Of a DNA stretch of 64,000 nt, positions 17,704 to 25,762 are shown in pieces; the first letter of the stretch is position 1; each line of letters begins with the position of its first letter. Location of the stretch: positions 36,134 to 100,133 of the forward strand of contig JAGOOK010000001.1 in assembly GCA_017992555.1 (NCBI GenBank). Reading direction: 5' to 3'. A model generated the notes under the pieces. The model saw only the letters and a list, made by a program, of their open reading frames with translations. It had not been told where the DNA came from and ran no database searches. Both the position numbers and the translations under genes were made by a program. The DNA comes from Caldisericia bacterium (GTDB lineage: Bacteria > Caldisericota > Caldisericia > JAAYUI01).

Positions 17704-20406
17704 ATGCTCCCAGTTCCACTACCAAGAACAAGTACGAAAAAACCTAGAGGGTTCCCATTTCTGGTTTTTCTTGTGCTTCTTGTTATGGTGGTAGTTTTTT
17801 CTGCGGCTTTCTATCTCGCATTCATTGTTTCGGACTATGATGTCAGGTGGCTACCCACAATCCTTGATCCAAAAAACCACAAGCCGCCAAATCCCCATGA
17901 AACTGTTAATGAAACAAACAGGATCTTTGATGCCGAGGGGAACCTTATCCATGAGTTCCATGGCGATGAGGACAGGATATATGTCCCGCTCGAACAAATT
18001 TCCGAATGGGCCAGAAAAGCAATCATCGCGTCTGAAGATGTAAGGTTTTATTACCACAAGGGTTTTGACATGAGGGCGACCCTGAGGGCGTTTTTTAAGA
18101 ACGTTCAAACACGCGAGGCCTCTGAGGGCGGCTCAACCATCACCCAGCAGCTTGCCAGAAACATGTACCTTGGAACCGGAAAAACCCTTTCAAATGAAAG
18201 AACTTTCACTAGAAAGCTGAAGGAGTTGCTGCTGGCCCGGAAAATAGAGCAAGCTTACTCTAAAAATGAAATCCTGGAATTCTACCTGAACCAGGTCTAC
18301 TTTGGCTCAAGGGCCTACGGGATAGAATCTGCGGCAAAGAGATATTTTGGCATTTCAGCCAAAAACCTTACGCTTGCCCAGTCATCCATGCTTGCAGGCG
18401 TCCTGTCTTCGCCTTCATTCAACAACCCCTATGACAACCTTGCAGAGGCCAAAAAAGCCCAGGACATTGTCCTCGAGAAGATGGCCAAAAACGGCTTCAT
18501 AACTGATATCCAGATGGAAAAAGCATCAAAGGAGAAGCTCAATTTTCAGCCATATTCCATCCAGCTCAAAGCTGGCGATTCCCTTGGCTATTTCATAGAT
18601 TATGTCAAAGATGAATTATATGACAAGCTCGGAGAGTTCCCGATCAAAAAAGGTGGTCTGGACATATACACAACCATAAACCAAGACTGCCAGAAGTATG
18701 CCCTCCAGGCAGTTGACAAAGTCCTTGGGGAGGCCATAAGGGCCGGTGACTTTGGCAAGATCCAGAAAGACAAGCTCGGAGTTGAACAGCCACAGGTGGC
18801 CCTTTGTGCCATTGATGCAGATACTGGACAGATACAGGCAATGGTTGGCGGAAGGGACTACAAGAACACCCAGTACAACAGGTGCACGGCACTGAGACAG
18901 CCTGGCTCTTCATTCAAAATACTTGTCTACAGCGCGGCGCTCCAGCATGGCGTCCTTTCACCATCAAGCCTGGTCCGCTCCAGCCCGATTTCGATTGGCG
19001 ACTGGCAGCCAAAGGAATGGTTCAGGGGATATTTTGGGACTGTAACAGTCAAGTATGCACTCCAGGAATCAAGCAACATCTGCGCAATAAGGGCTGCCCT
19101 GAAGGTCGGGCTTGGCAATGTTGTCGCAACAGCGAAAAAAATGGGCATCAGCACATCAAAGCTGCTTGCCGTGCCATCCATTGCCATTGGCTATGTAGAG
19201 GTCAAACCCATTGAGATGGCCTCTGTCGGGCAGACTATTTCAAACTATGGAACCCACATACCACCGATTGCCATCAAGAGGATAGAGAACAGAAAAACGG
19301 GCAAAACCATTGATCCTGCCTATGGGCAACCAACCAGGGCAATCGACGAGCCAACAGCATACGACATGATCTCGATGTTGAAGAACGTTGTTGAGCGCGG
19401 CACAGGAATGTCGGCCAGAGTGCCTGGCGTTCCGTGTGCTGGAAAAACCGGAACGACGGGCTCCTTCAGGGACGGCTGGTTTGTTGGCTTCACCCCTGAA
19501 ATCTCTGCCTCGGTTTATCTTGGCTCTGACTCCAGAGAGGTCGATTTGTCATTTGTTTCCAACTATGGATCAAAATATTCAGCACGCATCTGGAAAGAGT
19601 TCATTTCGATGTATTCAAAGGGCAGGACGATCAAGGACTGGGTGGACAAGAACCCTGATGATTACGTCAGAGTGAAAGTCTGTGAGGAAACCGGACTCAT
19701 GGCAAATGACACGTGCCCGGGTTATTACATGCTCGTAAGAAAGAGCAAGATGCCAAGTGAAAAATGCGAAATAAACCATCCAAAGAAGATTTTTGTAACA
19801 ATATGCAAAGAAACCAAACTCCTGGCCAACCAATATTGTCCCGAGAAAGAAAAGGTCGAATTCGAGCTTGGCAAGGAACCAAAAAAATTCTGCGAAGTCC
19901 ACAAAAAGCCTGAAGACAAGAAACCCGAAGATCAAAACAAACAAATCGACGAAGAAAAGCAGCCTTCGGGGAAAGACACTCAGAAGCCGCCCACAAAGAA
20001 ACCTTCCACCGAGAAGCCTGGCAATGGAGGGAAAGATACAACTCCCGGCACAAAACCGCCAATTGATAAACCAAATCCGGAGCCACAACCCCAACCTGAA
20101 CCGGAGCCACAGCCAGAGCCTGAACCCCAACCCGAACCGGAGCCGAGGTACTTTTTTGTCTCCCCAAGCCAGGCTTCAGCCTCGGTTGGGGAGTTTGTCA
20201 GGTTTGACTACGTTTTCAATTACGAAGGGGTCAGCTGGGTAACGATGTATGTGGACGGTGTCCAGGTAGACACGGCAACGAGCTTCCCCTGGTCAATTGT
20301 CTGGGCGCCGAGATCGGCCAAAACTTACAATCTCCTTTTTATTCTCTACAATGATGCGGGCGGAAGGGTGGCTGAGTATTCAAGGTCATACACGGTGTAC
20401 CCATGA
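17704..20406 (+). CDS. class A penicillin-binding protein, copy 2, with Pro/Glu/Gln-rich linker and C-terminal Ig-like domain
   Basis: Same motif set as copy 1 (EDVRFYYHKGFD, GGSTITQQ, GSSFK, KTGTT). 900 aa. Confidence 0.9.
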   Translation: MLPVPLPRTSTKKPRGFPFLVFLVLLVMVVVFSAAFYLAFIVSDYDVRWLPTILDPKNHKPPNPHETVNETNRIFDAEGNLIHEFHGDEDRIYVPLEQISEWARKAIIASEDVRFYYHKGFDMRATLRAFFKNVQTREASEGGSTITQQLARNMYLGTGKTLSNERTFTRKLKELLLARKIEQAYSKNEILEFYLNQVYFGSRAYGIESAAKRYFGISAKNLTLAQSSMLAGVLSSPSFNNPYDNLAEAKKAQDIVLEKMAKNGFITDIQMEKASKEKLNFQPYSIQLKAGDSLGYFIDYVKDELYDKLGEFPIKKGGLDIYTTINQDCQKYALQAVDKVLGEAIRAGDFGKIQKDKLGVEQPQVALCAIDADTGQIQAMVGGRDYKNTQYNRCTALRQPGSSFKILVYSAALQHGVLSPSSLVRSSPISIGDWQPKEWFRGYFGTVTVKYALQESSNICAIRAALKVGLGNVVATAKKMGISTSKLLAVPSIAIGYVEVKPIEMASVGQTISNYGTHIPPIAIKRIENRKTGKTIDPAYGQPTRAIDEPTAYDMISMLKNVVERGTGMSARVPGVPCAGKTGTTGSFRDGWFVGFTPEISASVYLGSDSREVDLSFVSNYGSKYSARIWKEFISMYSKGRTIKDWVDKNPDDYVRVKVCEETGLMANDTCPGYYMLVRKSKMPSEKCEINHPKKIFVTICKETKLLANQYCPEKEKVEFELGKEPKKFCEVHKKPEDKKPEDQNKQIDEEKQPSGKDTQKPPTKKPSTEKPGNGGKDTTPGTKPPIDKPNPEPQPQPEPEPQPEPEPQPEPEPRYFFVSPSQASASVGEFVRFDYVFNYEGVSWVTMYVDGVQVDTATSFPWSIVWAPRSAKTYNLLFILYNDAGGRVAEYSRSYTVYP
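20077..20145 (+). repeat. coding low-complexity tandem repeat (PE/PQ dipeptide units) inside PBP copy 2
   Basis: 23 codons reading PEPQPQPEPEPQPEPEPQPEPEP, from repeated CCN-GAR/CAR hexanucleotides. Confidence 0.8.
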
Positions 20407-21005
20407 GTGGTAAATTCATTGTTTTTGAGGGTGTTGACGGCGCAGGAAAAACAACCCAAATAAAACTCCTTCACAAAAAACTCACAGACATAGGTCATGA
20501 TGCAATCATGACCTATGAGCCTGGCGATAATTCGGTTGGTGCGAGTGTCAGAAAGTTTCTGATAGAAAAGGACCTTGACGCTGTTTCAGAGGCGCTCCTT
20601 TTTGCTTTTGACAGGGCTGTCCATATCAGAGAGGTTGTGCGTCCTGCCATAAACGAAGGTAAAATAGTCCTTTGTGACAGATTTTTGATGTCCTCGCTGG
20701 TTTACCAGGGGATTGCCAGGGGACTTGGTGAAGAATGGATAAACGAAATAAACAGCAAAGGGCTGGGAGGAGTTGCCCCAGACGTCACTTTGGTATTTGA
20801 TATCGCAGTTGACACAGCCCTCAAAAGAGTCCAAAATGCTAATAGGTTTGAGAACACTTCCCTGCAGGAAAAGGTAAGGGAAGGATTTATAAAAAAATCA
20901 GGAGAGACCCCAAACACTTTCCTAATTGAAGCTGGCAGGAGCGAAAAAGAAGTGTTCCTCTCGGTGTGGGAAAAGATTTTGTGGTTGCTCAAGGAGGAAA
21001 AATGA
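20403..21005 (+). CDS. tmk: thymidylate kinase
   Basis: FIVFEGVDGAGKTTQ P-loop. ATGA overlap with the upstream PBP gene. Confidence 0.93.
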   Translation: MSGKFIVFEGVDGAGKTTQIKLLHKKLTDIGHDAIMTYEPGDNSVGASVRKFLIEKDLDAVSEALLFAFDRAVHIREVVRPAINEGKIVLCDRFLMSSLVYQGIARGLGEEWINEINSKGLGGVAPDVTLVFDIAVDTALKRVQNANRFENTSLQEKVREGFIKKSGETPNTFLIEAGRSEKEVFLSVWEKILWLLKEEK

Positions 21006-21331
21006 AACTTATTGCCGCAATAATTCAGCAGGAAGACGCAAATGAAGCGACTGCAGAACTTCTTCAGAACGGCTACAAAATAACAAAGCTAAGAGGTATT
21101 GGCGGTTTTCTTGAAGAGGGCAACCTTGTCCTTTTGATTGGCGTCGAAGACGCCCATGTACCAAAGGTTCTCCAGATTTTCCAGAAAACATGTGTTGCAA
21201 GAGACAGATACATCAACGCCCTGCCGTTTGTCCCAATGGAGGGAATGCCACCACTTTCGTTCCCGGTGAAAGTGACCGTTGGTGGCGCAAAAATTTTCGT
21301 ACTTCCTGTTGAAGAATTCCACATGCTGTGA
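21002..21331 (+). CDS. darA: PII-like cyclic-di-AMP receptor DarA (YaaQ family)
   Basis: 109 aa from MKLIAAII. Alignable by eye along its length with B. subtilis YaaQ/DarA (TKL..GGFL..GN...IGVED...VGGA.IFVLPVEEFH). ATGA overlap with tmk. Confidence 0.8.
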   Translation: MKLIAAIIQQEDANEATAELLQNGYKITKLRGIGGFLEEGNLVLLIGVEDAHVPKVLQIFQKTCVARDRYINALPFVPMEGMPPLSFPVKVTVGGAKIFVLPVEEFHML

Positions 21332-22281
21332 TGGGTCTTTCGGATTTACCCATACAACCGTTTTTTACCAAGCGTTTCAAAAACCACATAGCTTCGCGGA
21401 GGGTTTCTGCAAGCTATATATTTGTCGGGACAGAGTCAAGGGGTGCCTCCATTTTGGCGAGGGCCTTTGCAAAAACGCTAAACTGTGAGAAGCAGAATTC
21501 CGATTTTTGCGGTGTTTGCCACTCCTGCAGAATGATTGAAGCGCAAACGCACCCTGACGTGAAGGTTTATGATCCCGGCGATGCAAGGTTTGGAATAGGT
21601 CTCGCAAGGCAGGTCCAGCAGGAGTCGATGGAATCCAATTATGGTGCCAGGTACAGGGTGAACATCCTCAAGAATGCACACTCCATGACGACTGAAGCCC
21701 AAAACGCCCTACTCAAGCTCCTCGAGGACGGAAAGCCAAATTGCACAAATGTTCTCCTTTCGGAGGGCCTTGACGAGATATTGCCAACGATACAGTCAAG
21801 ATCAATCATTTTGAGGTTGCCACCTCTCCCTGCCGGTCCTTCTGCCGCCCTGCTTGTTGAAAAAGGTCTAGTAGAAGAAACTGCACAGAAGGAATCTGAA
21901 GGTTTTATGGGTGATGTATCGCTCAGTATATGGATGGCTGAGAATACTGAGAAAACTGAACAGCTGCTTCAAATCATGACAAGTTTTGGCGAAGGTACTG
22001 TTCTTCCTTTGCTTACTGTTCTTGAAGATGATGAAAATCTCGAATATATTTTGCACTTGGTGCGAGAAGTTCTCCATAGGGCGGTCCTTCTGAAACACGG
22101 AATCCACATTGATGGTGCATTCCTTGAGAAGGTTGTTCCAAAAATTGCCAATATGCCTCAAGAGAGGCTGCAAACAATTGAGAGGGCCCTCGCAGAAACG
22201 GAAAGGTTATGGAAGACACAATCGAAAAAAACGACGTTGGCTCAGGCGATGTTCCTGAGAGCATGGACGTCGTTGGCATAA
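21328..22281 (+). CDS. holB: DNA polymerase III delta-prime subunit
   Basis: Clamp-loader AAA+-like N-terminus with Zn module CGVCHSC. Conserved tmk-yaaQ-holB-yaaT synteny. Confidence 0.85.
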   Translation: MMGLSDLPIQPFFTKRFKNHIASRRVSASYIFVGTESRGASILARAFAKTLNCEKQNSDFCGVCHSCRMIEAQTHPDVKVYDPGDARFGIGLARQVQQESMESNYGARYRVNILKNAHSMTTEAQNALLKLLEDGKPNCTNVLLSEGLDEILPTIQSRSIILRLPPLPAGPSAALLVEKGLVEETAQKESEGFMGDVSLSIWMAENTEKTEQLLQIMTSFGEGTVLPLLTVLEDDENLEYILHLVREVLHRAVLLKHGIHIDGAFLEKVVPKIANMPQERLQTIERALAETERLWKTQSKKTTLAQAMFLRAWTSLA

Positions 22282-23321
22282 AATTCAGGGGAAGCAACAA
22301 GGTATACCACTTTCTTACAGACGAGATCGGACTAAGGCCTGGTGATGCCGTGGTTGCCCTCACTGAAAAGGGTATTGATATCGGTCATGTGACCTACACA
22401 ACCCAAAAAGTGGAAAACACAGCAGGACTCAAAAATCTGCTCCGCAGGGCAACTGCGCTTGACCTTATAAGGTTTCATGAAAACATGGCCCTGGAAAATG
22501 TTGCCAGAGTTGAGGCTCAAAAGCTTGCTGACTCAATGAACCTCCAGATGCAGTTCGTTGTTGCCTGCTACAACCTCGACAGGTCAAAGGTGACCTTATA
22601 TTTCATGGCTGAAAAGAGGATCGACTTCAGGGAGTTTGTCAGGGAACTCTCCAAAAAACTCCACATTAAAGTTGAACTGTGGCAGATCGGGCAAAGGGAC
22701 GAGACTCGGCTATTCGGCGGGATTGGCCCATGCAACAAGGTTTTTTGTTGTGCAACCTTCCTGAATTCAAAGGAGTCGGTCACCATAAAGGACGCGAAGT
22801 GTCAGAGGCTCGACATCAACCCGCAGAAGATAACAGGAATGTGCGGAAAACTGATGTGTTGCCTGAAATATGAAGTGGACACATACAAAGAAGCATTACA
22901 GGATTTTCCTGAAGATGGAGAAACGGTGCTTTATTCAGGTCAGGAGTGCAAGGTCCAAAGCGTAAACCCGTTTGCCAGGACTGTAACAGTGACAGGCCCA
23001 GAAGTGTCTATCGTAACGGTCAAGATAGAGGAAATATCAAGAAACTACCATGGCGAGTGGATCCCTGCAATCGACTCGTATGAGAAGATGTCAGAGCAAA
23101 AAGCCGAAAGGGCAAAAATCAGCTTTGAAAATGCAGAGCTGGCAAAAACCAGGAAGAAAAAAAAGAAAGATAAACCGGGTGTCAGGCCCCCGCACCATGG
23201 CCAGTCTGGTGACCAACCCTCGCAAGGACAGTTTCAGCACCAGTCACATGAAGTCCTGGACGAACAAGAACATCATAATCATCCCCCCACAGAACAAGAT
23301 CAACCTGAGAGCCCCTTTTGA
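22209..23321 (+). CDS. ricT: PSP1-domain regulatory protein RicT (YaaT), with Lys-rich and His/Gln/Pro-rich C-terminal tail
   Basis: YaaT-like N-terminus (VGIKFRGSNKVYHF) and PSP1 Cys cluster (CCATFL...MCGKLMCCLKYE). The ATG at 22263 is an alternative start. Confidence 0.85.
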   Translation: MEDTIEKNDVGSGDVPESMDVVGIKFRGSNKVYHFLTDEIGLRPGDAVVALTEKGIDIGHVTYTTQKVENTAGLKNLLRRATALDLIRFHENMALENVARVEAQKLADSMNLQMQFVVACYNLDRSKVTLYFMAEKRIDFREFVRELSKKLHIKVELWQIGQRDETRLFGGIGPCNKVFCCATFLNSKESVTIKDAKCQRLDINPQKITGMCGKLMCCLKYEVDTYKEALQDFPEDGETVLYSGQECKVQSVNPFARTVTVTGPEVSIVTVKIEEISRNYHGEWIPAIDSYEKMSEQKAERAKISFENAELAKTRKKKKKDKPGVRPPHHGQSGDQPSQGQFQHQSHEVLDEQEHHNHPPTEQDQPESPF

Positions 23322-23904
23322 TAAAGCTTACTTTTTGCCCCTGATTGATGTAATCGTTCTCTGATACGAAACAGTCTATCTTGTTGACTACCTTGTCGGC
23401 AATTTCAACCATGGCCACCTTTATAGAGCCTTCAATAAATATGGTGTTTCTTTCATTTACAAGCTGATATTTTGCCCCAAGAAGGTTTACTGCCCTGCGG
23501 AGCCAACAAAACTGTATGTACTCCCAGAGGTCGACCATTGGCAGGTTTAATTTTGCCTGCGCATGGACAACTTTTGTTATTTTCCCTGATATTGGCGCGT
23601 AGTTGAAATGGACGTCAAAGGGAGACATGTATATTCCAAAAAGGAGCCCTTTCTGGGGTTTGTCATCAGATTTGGAAATTTCTTCTACCTTTATTTTTGT
23701 GCCAAGTTTTTCGCACTCAACTTGCCCGTTTTCGATCTTTTTTACATACATGAGCATGCCGTCGCACGGCGAAACAATGACAGATGAGTCCCCAAGAGAA
23801 GTCCTTGGTGGGTCCCTGAAGAACCAGACGTTTCTTTTCCAGTGCTGGTAAAGAAAGTTTAGGCCAATCAGCGCCACAATAATACCCAAAATCCAGTAAA
23901 TCAC
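23182..23904 (-). CDS. psd: phosphatidylserine decarboxylase family proenzyme
   Basis: SPCDG, MSPFDVHFNYAPISGKI and a GS self-cleavage-type motif (RGSQVDL). Start set at the GTG at 23904, 5 nt downstream of GGAGG. Confidence 0.85.
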   Translation of the reverse strand: MIYWILGIIVALIGLNFLYQHWKRNVWFFRDPPRTSLGDSSVIVSPCDGMLMYVKKIENGQVECEKLGTKIKVEEISKSDDKPQKGLLFGIYMSPFDVHFNYAPISGKITKVVHAQAKLNLPMVDLWEYIQFCWLRRAVNLLGAKYQLVNERNTIFIEGSIKVAMVEIADKVVNKIDCFVSENDYINQGQKVSFIKRGSQVDLVLWGDDYDVLVRPGLHVTGAETVLARVGHQTGHGAGA

Positions 23905-23935
23905 TTGTACCTCCAGCAAAAACAGAATCCTTGGG

Positions 23936-23944
23936 ATTATAGCA
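23936..23944 (-). promoter_or_regulatory. extended -10 promoter element TGCTATAAT upstream of psd
   Basis: Read on the minus strand (plus attatagca). About 30 nt upstream of the psd start. No good -35. Confidence 0.35.
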
Positions 23945-24068
23945 ACAATTGGCCTAGTCGTCCAGAAGCTGTGCTTTTCTGTGGTTACTTAATCCTGATA
24001 AAATCAATATCTCGTTGACATGTGGGTATTTGAAAATTAGATAAATTATTGATAAATAAAAAAATTGC

Positions 24069-24227
24069 TTATTGTTGTTTTCTACCAGTGGTGAGCCAGT
24101 AGATTCCAATGATTACCAATCCAAAAACGAAGTAGAGCATCCACCCAAGCAAATCAAAAACAAATCCAATAACCAAAACCACCGAAACAGAGAGTATTCC
24201 CAGGATTATCCAAAAGACGTTTTTCAT
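24069..24227 (-). CDS. unlisted 52-aa small membrane protein (two predicted TM helices)
   Basis: Hand translation: MKNVFWIILGILSVSVVLVIGFVFDLLGWMLYFVFGLVIIGIYWLTTGRKQQ*. Its ATG shares one base with the TAA stop of the upstream ligase gene (TAATG). It is below the 60-aa cutoff of the ORF track. Confidence 0.55.
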   Translation of the reverse strand: MKNVFWIILGILSVSVVLVIGFVFDLLGWMLYFVFGLVIIGIYWLTTGRKQQ

Positions 24228-25207
24228 TACTTTTCCTTCAACCATTTATATGTGACATATGGAAATTTTGGTGCATAGTAACCCAAAAAACCTGCGGCCG
24301 GCTGAAGAAATTTTCCAACAAACGAAGACGGTTTTTTATAGAAGATACCGTCCATTCTGTAGAGTGAATCGATGTGCCTGTAAGTTTCTTCTAGCCCATA
24401 TTTCTCGTACATCTTGGCAGTGGTGTCCGATTGCGTGTGCTGGATCAGCTCAACCGGGAAGTTGGAGTATTTGTTCAAATCGCGAGCAAGTTGGACAATC
24501 TCTGGGCTTGCGCCATTTGTTATCGCCTGTTCCCTGAGCTTCTTGTACCTCTTGAGGTCCAGTGGGTAATGGTCTTTTGTTTGCGCAAGCGCATAAACAG
24601 CGTCCAGAACATATTTTATCCTGCTTGTACATGTGACCGGATCAAGCGCCCTGACCTCAATTGTTCCAAGCCTCTTGCTGATGATCAGGTCCTGAAAACG
24701 GTAAAACCTGTCGCCGGTAAGTGGCCCTGTTGCATAACCGACAGCCAGTCTGTATGACTGCCCGAACCTCTCCCCCATCCTGAATGGTGCGTTTGCGGTC
24801 ATGAGCATGATGGTTGGCAGGAAGTGCGCGATATTGTCATAGGTGCGCTCTATGTCCTCTGACCCACCGATATGGATTTGAAGGGCGCAAACGTTCGTTG
24901 GGGCATCAATTTGGATCAGATGCCCCAACGGAACGATGTACCCCATTGCGATTTTTGACAGTTCGGCCCTCAGCCCTCGAAGCTGGGTTATGACTTCCAG
25001 TGGCGAATGGCAGATGTCGGTGGCTACCTCAAGGCCGCTCATCATGCCATACTTGAGATCTTTCCCCCTTGCAAAGTTTGATGCGGTGAGGTGATAGTTT
25101 CTGGAGGGTTTTTTCCACAGAAGCTTTGCCAGGTAATATAGGGAGCGTGTTGTTGGAAGTAGAGGTTCTGTTACAAAAACCTCTTCCTCAAGGCCGAGTG
25201 TAATCAA
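24227..25207 (-). CDS. glutamate-cysteine ligase family 2 (GCS2/YbdK-like) carboxylate-amine ligase
   Basis: GCS2-like motifs in order: GLEEEVFV, SGLEVATD, LQIHIGG, FLPTIMLMTANAPF, GTIEVRALD. TTG start. Confidence 0.7.
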   Translation of the reverse strand: MITLGLEEEVFVTEPLLPTTRSLYYLAKLLWKKPSRNYHLTASNFARGKDLKYGMMSGLEVATDICHSPLEVITQLRGLRAELSKIAMGYIVPLGHLIQIDAPTNVCALQIHIGGSEDIERTYDNIAHFLPTIMLMTANAPFRMGERFGQSYRLAVGYATGPLTGDRFYRFQDLIISKRLGTIEVRALDPVTCTSRIKYVLDAVYALAQTKDHYPLDLKRYKKLREQAITNGASPEIVQLARDLNKYSNFPVELIQHTQSDTTAKMYEKYGLEETYRHIDSLYRMDGIFYKKPSSFVGKFLQPAAGFLGYYAPKFPYVTYKWLKEK

Positions 25208-25213
25208 TTGCTG

Positions 25214-25756
25214 CTATTCCTCCTTGGCTACGATATAGTTCCTGTAGAAAGCAAACAAAGGAACTGTGATTATCGATGACATTGTTCCAAGAATCAAGTT
25301 GAATATCGGTGCAATGAAATAAACAAACTGGCTCATTCCCTTAAGATCCAGGCCGTAGAATTTTATTGAGATCATGTTTGTTGGAATCATAATTAATGTT
25401 CTGGCAACAACTCCAACGAGCAATGCAACACCAAGCCAGATCAAATAATTCTTGTTTTTTGAGAATGGCTTGAAGACTGCGTAGGAAACAAGGCAGAATG
25501 TTGACATTGCGATAAAGTTTGCCACATGCCCGATTGGTTCAGGTGCTATAAGGAAATGGTGCAACAAATCCTTGATTGCAATAATCAAGACACCGGCAAC
25601 TGGCCCAAACGCGAATGTTCCAAGGAGACAAAAAGCTTCCGAGAAATCAAACTTGAGGTTTGGGTCCATCCAGGATGGAACCTGGAAAATCATTCCAACA
25701 AATGCAAGACAGGCTAAAACTCCGATAATTGCGATGGTTTTTACAGACATTTTCAT
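25214..25756 (-). CDS. ribU: ECF-type riboflavin transporter S component
   Basis: 180-aa, roughly six-TM ECF S-component-like protein immediately downstream of an FMN riboswitch. Confidence 0.8.
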   Translation of the reverse strand: MKMSVKTIAIIGVLACLAFVGMIFQVPSWMDPNLKFDFSEAFCLLGTFAFGPVAGVLIIAIKDLLHHFLIAPEPIGHVANFIAMSTFCLVSYAVFKPFSKNKNYLIWLGVALLVGVVARTLIMIPTNMISIKFYGLDLKGMSQFVYFIAPIFNLILGTMSSIITVPLFAFYRNYIVAKEE

Positions 25757-25762
25757 GTAGTA

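Noticed and set aside
19615-20167. Two overlapping minus-strand ORFs (171 and 156 aa)
   Set aside because: They are opposite the Lys/Pro/Glu-rich linker of PBP copy 2. The open frames are a by-product of the repetitive codon composition.
24015-24043. Plus-strand promoter-like TTGACA-17nt-TAGATA that would drive antisense RNA into the small ORF and ligase 3' end
   Set aside because: The -10 lacks the critical final T. The region is AT-rich, so chance matches are likely, and no plus-strand gene follows.
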